Source of the DNA: Selaginella moellendorffii | Taxonomy: Eukaryota; Plantae; Lycopodiophyta | Direction: 5' to 3' | Assembly (NCBI RefSeq): GCF_000143415.4 | Contig: NW_003314289.1 | Location: 919,886 to 983,885 of the forward strand | DNA: 64,000 nucleotides | In this document: in pieces, positions 25,594 to 35,753 of the stretch | Layout: each line of letters starts with the position of its first letter | How positions within the stretch are numbered: position 1 is the stretch's first letter | Position numbers and translations under genes: made by a program | The notes under the pieces: generated by a model | Told to the model about the DNA's origin: nothing | The model's database searches: none | The model's input: only the letters and a program-made list of their open reading frames with translations

Positions 25594-27075
25594 TTAGTGT
25601 CCATTTCGTTTGAGAATGGCAACCACGAACACCAGTATCACAGGAGCCAAAGTTAGTACAAAGTAGAACAATCCCTCTGTAAATGCCGCTTTTTGATCAT
25701 CTTCTCCTTCTTCACTGGATGGTTTTGTGTAGGACGAGTTGTAGCGAGTGTACTTCCTTGGAATGAGCTCGAAGTAGTCCCGGTAAGCGTTCGCGTCCCA
25801 TGTTGAGTTTTCACTTACTTTGAGCTTCTCCGCGGCCTAGAAAGTTTTTGATTGACGAGATCCGAAACTATATGACAAGGTTCTTTGATTTACCTCGAAA
25901 CTAAATATGAGTTGTTTGGCTCTTTTCTTGACGCTCTGACTTGAATGCGAGACAAGCTTGTCATAGATCACGCGAGCTTCACGCGATCTGGAGTGAAAGA
26001 AAGACAACTTTGTGAAAGAGAAAAGCTGGAGATTATTTTACCTATTCATGGATTCGAGGCACAATGCCTTTGAGAGCGCTGCTTGTCCATGGAGCTCGCT
26101 CTGCCAAGCAGAAAAAACGAATTTTGCTTTAGAACAACGACTGAAACTTCATGACTGAAACCTGGAAAACCATCTTCTCCATGACAATCTCAAAGTTTTG
26201 CACTGCATCTCTTAACTTGCCACTCTTGAGCAATCCTTCTGCTTTACTCATGATCTGCAACGTAACTACATGTTCCACCATTTAGAAATCGAGAGATCTG
26301 AAACAAAAGAGGAATACAAACCTCTTGGCACTCGGAAGAAACTCTCGGATCAATATCCAGGCCCATTTTTCGTCGATACTCGGCAAGCAACTCTTTAGTC
26401 TTTGTTTCGCGAGCTTTCTTCTCCTCGTCAGTTTCAAGCTCTTCTCCCGGTTTTATTGTTCGTCCTCCTCCAAACTACAAGAAAAACAAAGATCAAAGAT
26501 CAAACACAAAACGTGCCATCTCTTCTTCCAGAAAAAAAAAAAAAGAAAAAAGAAAACTGATTTTTTACCGTCTTGGAGATGTTTGGAGGCCGCGGGAACA
26601 CACCCCACGTAGAAACCTTGGGCTTGTACAAATCATCTCCAGCTTTCGATGCATCCTCGACGTCTCTCGTGATGATCTCCACTTCCGGGAGCTGTCCGGG
26701 AGGCGGAGCTTCAAACTCGGCGATCAATCCCGCCGGCCGCCCCGGCTTCTTCTTCTCGGAGAAGTCCAGCCCCACGAATTCCATCCCCTTCTTCCTGATC
26801 TCCAGCGTGAGGGAGTCCTGAGGCCGTGGAACTCGCCTCTTGATCACCCCATCTCTCGTGATAATCTCGACTTCCACCTCGTTCGACGATAATGGGCTCT
26901 TCTCCTCCTCTTTGCTTTTCTTGATTTTCAGCTCCTCCATTTTCTTGCGATAAGCAGCGGCTCGCTCCATCGCGCTTTGCGGCCCATTTTGATCCGAGCT
27001 AGAAGCTCGCGGTGTAATTCGACTGAAACTCTGGATTCTACCACTCACCCAGCTCGCGGAGCACGACGCGTCCAT
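25594..27075 (-). CDS. Conserved uncharacterised plant protein, probably plastid-targeted, with TPR-like region and C-terminal TM helix (multi-exon)
   Basis: Ser/Arg-rich N-terminus; motif DLYKPKVSTWGVFPRP.NISKT recalled from an uncharacterised Arabidopsis protein; later exons ELHGQAAL and LIFSFEAAEKLKV; hydrophobic tail; TAA at 25594. Confidence 0.8.
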
Positions 27076-27158
27076 TCCCTCCTTCCCGCTAGCCCTAAAA
27101 CACATGTTTAAACTTTTGAAAAACTTCTTTAAGGCTGATGTGTCAGTACAAAAGCCTG

Positions 27159-27187
27159 CCACGTGGAGTAGTTATCTCGCCACGTCA
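27159..27187. promoter_or_regulatory. Tandem G-box-like motifs (CCACGTGG, CCACGTCA) upstream of the putative plastid-protein gene
   Basis: About 85-110 bp upstream of ATG 27075; motif match only. Confidence 0.4.
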
Positions 27188-27192
27188 CTACC

Positions 27193-27678
27193 TTAGTTTA
27201 CAGTATGTGTGGCCCAGGTGGCCTTATTGTCCGACGTGTAGATGACAACGTTGCCATCGTTTTGGGTGACGAGGCGGTACTGCTCGTCGTCCTTGCTGCT
27301 GACGTCAATGGTATCGCTGTCCCAGACTGCCACGTCGGCGTCGTTGAAGATGACGAGGTTCCCATTTCCTTGGAGCAAGACATAGCAACCAGATGCTTTC
27401 TTATCCGTGCGTGATGCCCAGAGAGGCTTGTTATCACTTGTCCGATACAAAACTAAATTACAATCCGATTGCATTATCTGTACATTATAAATCAGAATGT
27501 ATTGTGAATTATAAACATGATTCTCACAAACCAGATTGAAACGCCCATCTTGGGATTTGATGTTGTTCCTCACTAAATTGTTGCTCTTGAGCCTCGCATT
27601 GTGGCCTAAAATGTCTGCTGCTTGAGAGAGATTAACAACAAGAAGGAGAAGGATTGAGATTAAGATCCCTGTGATCAT
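27193..27678 (-). CDS. Secreted bulb-type (GNA-related) mannose-binding lectin
   Basis: Signal peptide; QSDCNLVLY, QGNGNLVIF and QNDGNVVIY motifs; probable in-frame 54-bp GT-AG intron near 27478-27531. Confidence 0.92.
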   Translation of the reverse strand: MITGILISILLLLVVNLSQAADILGHNARLKSNNLVRNNIKSQDGRFNLVCENHVYNSQYILIYNVQIMQSDCNLVLYRTSDNKPLWASRTDKKASGCYVLLQGNGNLVIFNDADVAVWDSDTIDVSSKDDEQYRLVTQNDGNVVIYTSDNKATWATHTVN

Positions 27679-28037
27679 TGCAAAGAGTGTTGGTGATCAC
27701 CCTCCTTGACAAAGTTTAGAGAACCTCTCCTTCTTGGAAGAAGATTAGATCGTGATTTATAGTAGTGGAATTTGATTTTGAATTGGTGGTGGAACTTAGT
27801 GCTCCACTATGTTTTGAATTGGTCTTTGACATTGATATATAATTGCCACCTCAGGCCTACAGTCTTTACTGGTCAAAGTCTCCTTGAAACTGGTGTTGAC
27901 TGCACGTTTCCAAAGAGGAGAGTTCAAAAGAAAACAGCAATCTTCCGCGGTTTTCAAAGGAATGATGGACTTTCTCGGCACCGGCTTGGCTACTTAACAA
28001 GCGTCTTCTTTTCTTTTCTTTGCAGATTCACCTAGAC

Positions 28038-29108
28038 ATGAAGATAATCACAAGTGTTGTTCTCTGCTTGTTCTTGATCAATTCTGTGAGCATCAAAGTT
28101 CTTGCACAAGATGGCTCTTGCTCAGCAGCCAAGCTTTGCCAATCCGGTTACTGCTGTAGCAAGTTTGGTTACTGTGGCACAACCGATGCATACTGTGGAT
28201 CTGGAAACTGTGCTTCACAGTGCCCAGGTAGCGGAGGTGGCGGCGGCGGCGGCGGTGGCGGCGGCGGTGGAAGCACAACCAAGGGTGGCATAGCAATATA
28301 CTGGGGCCAAGATGGAAACGAAGGGACCTTGCTCAGCGCTTGCAACACTGGAAGATACCGCATTCTTATCATCTCCTTCCTTTCGCAGTTTGGAAGAGGG
28401 CAAACCCCACTTCTCAACCTTGCCGGGCACTGCGATCCACCCTCCGGTGGCTGCAAAGGCCTCACTTCGGACATCAACGCTTGCAAGAGCAAAGGCATCA
28501 AGGTTCTCCTGTCGATCGGCGGTGGCGCCGGAAGCTATGGCCTCTCTTCGTCCAGCGATGGCGAGTCCGTCGCCACCTACATCTGGAACAACTATTTGGG
28601 CGGTTCTTCGAGCAATCGTCCGCTTGGGTCCGCTGTTCTTGACGGCGTCGACTTTGACATCGAGACGGGCAACACTCCACAGCAGTATTACATCGCCATG
28701 GCTCAGAAGCTCAAATCTTTCAATGGTAACTTGATTCTAAGCGCTGCTCCTCAGTGTCCAATCCCAGACGCAAGCCTTGGATCCGTGATCAAGGTTCCCG
28801 GGCTGTTCACATATGTGTTCGTGCAGTTCTATAACAATCCACAGTGTCAGTACAACAACAATGGAGTTTCCGGGATCTTGGGCTCTTGGAATAATTGGGT
28901 TTCAAACTCCGTCACCCCAAGCACTGTCAAGGTTTTCATGGGATTGCCAGCATCACCTCAAGCTGCTGGGTCTGGATACATGCCTCCTAATGTTCTTACG
29001 TCCCAGGTCTTGCCAACCATCAAGGGCTCCTCCAAGTACGGAGGTGTGATGCTTTACTCTGTGGCTTATGACAAGTCGTACAGCAGTGCCATCGTCTCCA
29101 GTGTTTGA
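28038..29108 (+). CDS. Secreted chitinase: hevein (CBM18) domain + Gly linker + GH18 class III catalytic domain
   Basis: Signal peptide; [25 protein letters not shown]; poly-Gly; [41 protein letters not shown]; intronless. Confidence 0.95.
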   Translation: MKIITSVVLCLFLINSVSIKVLAQDGSCSAAKLCQSGYCCSKFGYCGTTDAYCGSGNCASQCPGSGGGGGGGGGGGGGSTTKGGIAIYWGQDGNEGTLLSACNTGRYRILIISFLSQFGRGQTPLLNLAGHCDPPSGGCKGLTSDINACKSKGIKVLLSIGGGAGSYGLSSSSDGESVATYIWNNYLGGSSSNRPLGSAVLDGVDFDIETGNTPQQYYIAMAQKLKSFNGNLILSAAPQCPIPDASLGSVIKVPGLFTYVFVQFYNNPQCQYNNNGVSGILGSWNNWVSNSVTPSTVKVFMGLPASPQAAGSGYMPPNVLTSQVLPTIKGSSKYGGVMLYSVAYDKSYSSAIVSSV

Positions 29109-29877
29109 GAGAAAATAAGCTGCTGTTCATAATAATGTGCAACTTATGAAAGAGTGCAAAAACGTTTTCTAGAATATTTCTTACACCCAACGTAGGATGT
29201 GGAAACATGATCATGATATATCAAAATTCGATTTTCGAGCTCAATGTATCCATGAGAGAAATTAATCTTCTTGTGTCAATTATTTACGGCAAGATTCAAG
29301 CCCCGTTTTTACTGTCTCGTGTTTTTACCAAAATGGAGCGACAAGTTTGCGCTTGAATATTAATTGCTGTGAGGTCGTGAATCCCTTGCAAGAGTGCTTG
29401 CTCTAGATTTTTTGCTAGATAGATTTCTTTCATTCTTACTCTTTCTTTTATCGTTTCAATGTTGCTTCTGGCACTGCTGGTGCATCACTCGATCGCTCTC
29501 AACTTGGTCCCAAGGCAAGGTTTTCGAGGCGATTTGCCTCTCGTAGTCCTCTCACGCCTTCGCGCTGCTGCCCTGGTACTGTTGGGTTAGGAACTTTGCC
29601 TGGCGCCAGTACTCCTCGCTCCTGATCATTGCCGGGTTAGAAGAACGAACAAAGAAAAATCATCGTCTCCCGCTCCTCTTCGCCACCGCCTCAAGAGCTC
29701 TGGGCCTCGGGTTCTTTCCGGCTCAACGATTCATCTCGTTCTTCCCACCGCCATTGATGGCGAGCGTGTGCTGAATCCAGGCCCGGCAGAGAGGGTTTCC
29801 TCCAGCGAATCCGGGGACGAAGATAAAGCTAGACGACTTAACGTGAAAGTTGGCACGCGATTAATGTTAAACAAGAA

Positions 29878-29958
29878 GTTGAGATGGCCGAGTTGGTCTA
29901 AGGCGCCAGATTAAGGTTCTGGTCCGCAAGGGCGTGGGTTCGAATCCCACTCTCAACA
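29878..29958 (+). tRNA. tRNA-Leu(AAG)
   Basis: GTTGAGA...CCAGATT-AAG-GTTCTGG, long variable arm, GTGGGTTCGAATCCCAC, TCTCAACA. Confidence 0.97.
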
Positions 29959-30104
29959 CAAGATACTCTATTATAACTAAATCTACAGCGCTGCTACTTG
30001 ATATTGTTCTTCAGTTTTGCATGGCACTTGTGCCAACTCTTCCAGGAGAGGCTTAAAAGATGAAACTAGAAGTTTGTCGAATTTTCTTCCCAATCACATG
30101 CAAA

Positions 30105-30177
30105 GCCGCCCTAGCTCAGTTGGTAGAGCGCAAGGCTCTTAACCTTGTGGTCGGGGGTTCGAGCCCCCCGGGCGGCG
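30105..30177 (+). tRNA. tRNA-Lys(CTT), variant T-stem
   Basis: Full cloverleaf; T-stem GGGGG/CCCCC. Confidence 0.95.
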
Positions 30178-30235
30178 GTTATCGCAATCTCGTTTTGCTC
30201 GTGGCATTTTTTAATTTTTTTCTGGTTCTTGCGGA

Positions 30236-31256
30236 ATGGCGCTGGGCGCGCCCGCGATTTCATTCCATAGAAGCTTGATTCGCTGTGAGATCGCGGAGCC
30301 GTCGGGAAAGCCAGCGCCAATGGGCCAGAAGACACGATACAAGGATTCAATCTTTGATAGAGCTTTCATGTCCCTCTTTTCCAGGAAGATGGAGAGTGCC
30401 ACAGGTATGGATAAAATTCTGACATGGTTTATATCGTCCTTGTATGATCTAAAGAAATCTGATGTAGGAAGAGCTACCAACAAGCCGGGATACGATGGGT
30501 TCGTGGATGTATCGCGAGGGGTTCTCAAGGGAAGAACTCCTGTAGAGCAGCGAGCTCTTGTTCGTCAAGTTTTCCTATCAATCATGCCTCCCGGAGCTCC
30601 AGAAACGGTACTATTTATCTATGTGATGGCTGAGCGAACATTGTGATACAGTTTCGAAAGCTATTTCCTCCAACTAAATGGGCTTGCGAGTTCAATGCTG
30701 CGATCACGGTGCCATTTTTCCAGTGGCTAGTAGGACCTTGCGAGGTAAAAAATAGTGTAGATTTGATTTTAGTTTATCAAACTCTTTGACAGACGTTTGA
30801 GGTAGAAGTGAATGGGGTGAAACAAAACAGTGGTGTGAAGATTCTGAAATGCAGGTAAGAATTCTACAAAGAAGAAAAGTGCGCATGTAAAAATTGCTTT
30901 TCCAGGTATTTAGAGAACAGCTCCTGTGCTGGAATGTGCGTAAATGTGTGTAAAATTCCCACCCAAGATTTATTCACAAATGACTTTGGACTGCCTCTGA
31001 CCATGACACCGAGTAAGAGGACTGATTTTTTCATTTCTTGTTTGATCACTTGAACTCTTTTTTTGTGTAGATTTTGAGGACATGAGCTGCGAGATGATCT
31101 ATGGACTCCAGCCGCCCTCTCTCGAAGAGGATCCAGCATTGAAGCAACCATGTCTTGAACGTTGTAAGTTTTTATATCATTTGCTCACTAATTGCAGTCT
31201 TTATTTTGTTAAAAGGTCCAACTTCTACTACAAAGCCAATTTGCACAAAACTGTAG
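30236..31256 (+). CDS. D27L1: DWARF27-like protein, 7 exons, copy 2 (inverted duplicate)
   Basis: Same exon/intron layout and Cys motifs as copy 1 (CRYLENSSCAGMCVNVCKIPTQ); TAG at 31254-31256. Confidence 0.88.
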
Positions 31257-31329
31257 AGAAATAATTATGGTAAAGATTATTTCCTCATTCTAAAGTTCGT
31301 TTTTACCACTTTCACCTTTTTTATTTGCA

Positions 31330-32629
31330 ACCTGTAGAGTCGCAGCCTTGCTCCTTTCGATCCTGGCAAGTCGCAATCACTTTCACTAGAGCCCCTCTCG
31401 AGTTCCCCCTGTTCTGGACCAACACCTCAGCAGGAGTGATCTCAACCTTGGCGATGCTTTGATCTCCCCAAACTCCTTTTCAAACTCCCTGGGCTGCAAG
31501 ATCTCAAGAGCACCTTGAACACCTCGAATCCACAGTATCCCATGAAAATGTGCCATCCTGACCAGATCCATCCAGATCCTCCTTGTGGTTCGTCGTGAAT
31601 ATAATGATTCTCTCACCCCCCATCGATGAAATTCAGTAGCCCCGACAGTGTAAGCTTGCTACTCCCTTCATCCATTTTCTTGTCTTCTTTTCGGACTCGC
31701 CATCCGTCTCTTTGGTTTCTTCTTCCAGTGCTGGATTCCCCCTCTTCTTAAGCTCCAGCGAGCAGTCGATGTCCTCGATCATGATGATAGCTCTAGTTCT
31801 AGAGCTCTATCCCCATGAGCAGCTTCCTCAAGTCGGCATTGCTCTTCACCTCCGTCAGCTCCATGTCGTAGACATCGTACTGCGTGGGTGGCAAGGAGTT
31901 CTTCAGCTGGGAGAGCTTGGAAGCGCGGGTATCTGGGCCACCAGGGACTGGGAAGTCGTCGCTCATCTCTGCCATCGCAAACTACATGAAGGAGTCCAGG
32001 TCCTGGATGATCTTGTTCTTGAGCTCGGGATCCAGCGCCACTTGAGAACGTCAAGGCATGCTTGAAGGCACCGATCTCCACGTCTTGTTCTTGTAAACCC
32101 GCTCCATTGAGTGTCGAATGCTGGTGTAGAGCTGCCAGTCTTGGTTCTGTCGTTTCAAGCTCTCCCCAGGCTTGATAACTTCCCTCATGTACTCCGGCAA
32201 GAGCGTATACTTGTGCCTCCTGTGAACTTGGACGACGTACTCTCGCTGTGTTCCTCCACTTCGATCGTAGTAACTGGGCCGTCCATTGCCGGAGGACTCG
32301 GTGACGCTGAAAGTCCAGGAGAATGTGACTCCTTTGAACTTGTCCTTCACTCCCTTGCCACGGCAATTCAGCTATATAGCGTTCTTCACTCTGGTAAACT
32401 GGATCCTGTTTGCCGAGCTTTGGTGTTGGTGTCGGTGAGATGAGCGACGTAGAGGTCGTAGATCTCGTTGACGTTGCTGGATTGAGAGCTCGGTATCCCA
32501 CCCAAGCCAAGTTACAAACCTCTTGAGCTTGAACTCCAGACGGACCCAGACGTGGCGATTAACTATCTGGTTGATGATGAAGCCCATGAGAAAACCGAGA
32601 TGGGAGAACTACCCCACTGCCAGTGCCAT
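31330..32629 (-). pseudogene. BCS1-like plant AAA-ATPase pseudogene
   Basis: VKDKFKGVTFSW, ALDPELKNKIIQDLDSF, YDVYDMELTEVKSNADLRKLL, KLTLSGLLNFIDG, ERIIIFTTNHKE; in-frame stops and frameshifts; Walker A missing. Confidence 0.88.
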
Positions 32630-33094
32630 CTTGCTCGGTTGCTTCTGCTGTGAGAATGAGAAGAATCTGACCTTGCAGCCTCGCTCTTTATTCGCCTGAA
32701 GGTCAAGCCAAAACGAAGCCACCTCCCGCGAATGCGAATTGTTAGTCTCGTGCTGCTGACGAGACGAAGAATACCTTCTTTACATTAAGGAGCCCAAGCC
32801 AAACGACATGAGGCGTTGAAATGAGCTCCAGAACCTTCCCTGCGACCATTATCTGCGTAGATCCACTGACAATTGTGCAATCTCAAAAAAAACTAGATTC
32901 CGCCACAGCGTATATTACATCAAACGCTAGGAACCATTGAAAGCCTCCATAGCCTCAAAAGAATCAACAAACAAAAATACAATCACCGTGTGGCATCCTA
33001 ATCAATTAGTGGAATCTTTACAGAATCTCTAATAAAGAACAATTCATCGAGTCCATAGATTTCGCAGCTCCAAATATACGTTCAAAGAGGAACT

Positions 33095-33745
33095 TCTGAA
33101 AACATCAATCTTCTCGTACTGGGTGTCATTTGTGTGGGTGGGATCTTTACACACATTTACGCACTGTTCTCTAGATACCTGGAAAAGTATTTTTACATCA
33201 TGCTTAGACGGAGTGAAACAAAACAGCAGTGTGAAGATTCTTAAATGCAGGTAAAATCTACAAAGACAAAACTATTCAGTGCGCCGCAAGCACAAGGACG
33301 CCCTAGCAGCACCTTGAGCACCTTTCAATGCTGGGGCGCTTAACCATCTACTTCAAACCGCTGTAAAAAAAAGGATATAGAAAAGAGCAAAGTAGGATCA
33401 AATCTAGAGTGTTTTTTTACCTTGCACTACTACCCACTGGAAAACTGACACCGTGATCGCAGCACTGAGCTCGCACGCCCACTTAGTTGGATGAAATAGC
33501 TTTTGAAACTATATCACATTGGATCATTCATATTATAGATAAAACCCAGCAAAATCTTTGATACCGTTTCTGGAGCTCCGGGAGGCATGATGGATAGGAG
33601 AAACTCACGAACAAAAGCTCGCTGCTCCACAGGAGTTCTTTCCCGAAGAACACCTCGCGATAACTAGCTCTTCCTACATTATACATACAAGAACAATGTA
33701 AACCATGTAAGAATCTTGGCACGTGAACGCCATTGAATCTTTGGT
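33095..33745 (-). pseudogene. Deleted D27-like pseudogene with internal micro-inversion
   Basis: Collinear fragments of D27-like exons 1-5 and introns. Confidence 0.85.
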
Positions 33746-33825
33746 AGATTCAATCCGGATTCCGAAAGAGCACACAAAGAAAGGAAGATTCAAAAAAGAG
33801 GAAGACTTAATCCACAAGCATGGCG

Positions 33826-33860
33826 CCACAAGGTTAAGAACCTCAACTGAGCTGGGTGGC
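33826..33860 (-). pseudogene. tRNA-Lys remnant upstream of the D27 pseudogene
   Basis: Reverse complement GCCACCCAGCTCAGTTG-AGGTTCTTAACCTTGTGG keeps the 5' stem, D arm and anticodon arm. Confidence 0.7.
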
Positions 33861-34479
33861 CTGATTTAAAGTCGTACCAGATATTAGTTCGCATCCTATC
33901 CCACGTATAGAACCGATCCTTCGTCTATTGAGTCCAGCTCGAGCCAACCTTGCTTCCAGTCATGGCTGGTCCTCTGTTGTGAATCGTGTCCGATAGAAGG
34001 CATCCAGCTCTAGAGCTCATGCATCTGCTCCACGCTTGTCACCGTCATGGTTTCAATGTGGCTTTGATCCAATCAAGGGCTAGCCGTCCAGTCAGTCGGG
34101 GCTCACTCTAGGAAGACCTCGATTACTCTCTTAGGTCTGATGTTCTCGTCTAGTAAGAGTAAGACCAGTAAGGTCCACATGTCCTTGATCAAAGGAGATG
34201 TGGAAGTGCTTATAAGATCGATTCCACTTGGCTCTGGCGCGAGATCGAGCACTAGAAAACTTGCCAATTGGTACATATGGCGATTTCCAGAGAGTAGCAT
34301 TTGCTCCATGACGGGGGTCTCTAATTGTTCTGCTGCTTCTTGAGCCTCGAGGAAAGATCAATCCCCGTCACCGCAGAAAACGATGTCCCTTCTGCCTTCT
34401 CATGGCATACATAGATAGACACATCCATGACATAATCCATCTCACAACTTTATCGAATCGCAATGAGCCACGCCATAAC

Positions 34480-35295
34480 ACTGCGCACCGTGATTGAGCT
34501 CGCACGCCCACGTAGTTGGAGGAAATAGCTTTATCACATGTTAGAGATAAAAATCAGCAGGAGAGCCTCAGGAACAAGAGCTCGCTGGAGTTCTTCCCAA
34601 AGAACACCTCGGAATACATCCACAAATCCATCATATCATCTTGTTACTAGCTCTTCCTGCATTTTAAATACAAGAACAATGTAAACCATGTAAGAATCTT
34701 GGCAAAGAGGGACATGAACGCTCTTTCAAAGATTATATCTTCGATAGATTCAATCTGGATTCCGAAAGAACACCGTTGAAATCCAGGTAGCTATAGAGAT
34801 GAATGGAGTGACAATAATTTGCATCCTAGCTAAGAAACAATAACAATAACAATGATGTAATAATAACAATAATGTCTTTTTCTTTTTCTTTGCAATGAAC
34901 ATCAAACAACAGTTTAGATATCCAGATGGCACACTATTCATTTTTATTTCCAAGGATTTAAACTAAGTTAGACCTTTAACACAATAAGTAGAGTCTAGTG
35001 AGCAAAATTTCTATGATTTACAAAGAATATAAACTTACAAAGCTGGAAACATGATTGCTTTAGTGCTGGATCTTCTTCGAGAGTGGGCAGAGTCCAACTC
35101 CAAATCTACAATAAAATGTTCAAGAGTGATAAGGAAGAACATATGATAACATCAATCTTCTTGAGAATATTTCCTAGGGGAAATTTTTAACACATTTACA
35201 CACATTCCAGCACAAGTGCTGTTCTATACACCGGGAAAAGTATTTTTACATCATGCTTAGACGGAGTGAAACAAAACAGCAGTGTGATTTCTTAC
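34480..35295. pseudogene. Mosaic of D27-like fragments (34480-34745 and 35030-35290, minus) and an inverted FMO 3' end (34783-34950, plus)
   Basis: Direct sequence matches to the neighbouring intact genes. Confidence 0.8.
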
Positions 35296-35753
35296 ACCAT
35301 GTCTTAATGAATAATCATTGATGCAGGGAAGTTATCAATTGCCTATGGCGGAAAAAAAGAAGTGTTGCGACACGTAATGTATTGACCAGCATTGACATTT
35401 AACTTTTTGCAGTGGACTTGCTGTGTCACATGTTTATAGTTATTTCCTCCAAGTCTTCTTCTAAAGTGAAATATAATATTTGTTATTTTAATATTATTCC
35501 AATTTCGTTTTCAATGTAACAAAACTATAACAATCAAAACAGTATTTGTTATGGATTGGGTCGATTGGATTGCATTGACTGGATGGATGGAAACTGGAGC
35601 GAGGAACAAGATGGATGGATGGAAACTGGAGCGAGGAACAAGAGAGAGAGAGCGGAAAGAAATTCCCATTTTCGCCCGGCAGCAAATAGGTAGTATATAT
35701 ATGTTTAAACTATTGTTTGATGTTCATTACAAAGAAAAGCAAAGGAATTATTG

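Noticed and set aside
28231-28270. (GGC)n microsatellite
   Set aside because: It is the coding Gly hinge of the chitinase.
31779-32510. 243-aa minus-strand ORF
   Set aside because: Off-frame reading of the AAA-ATPase pseudogene.
35580-35643. 31-bp direct tandem duplication followed by (GA)n
   Set aside because: Simple local duplication with no supportable function.
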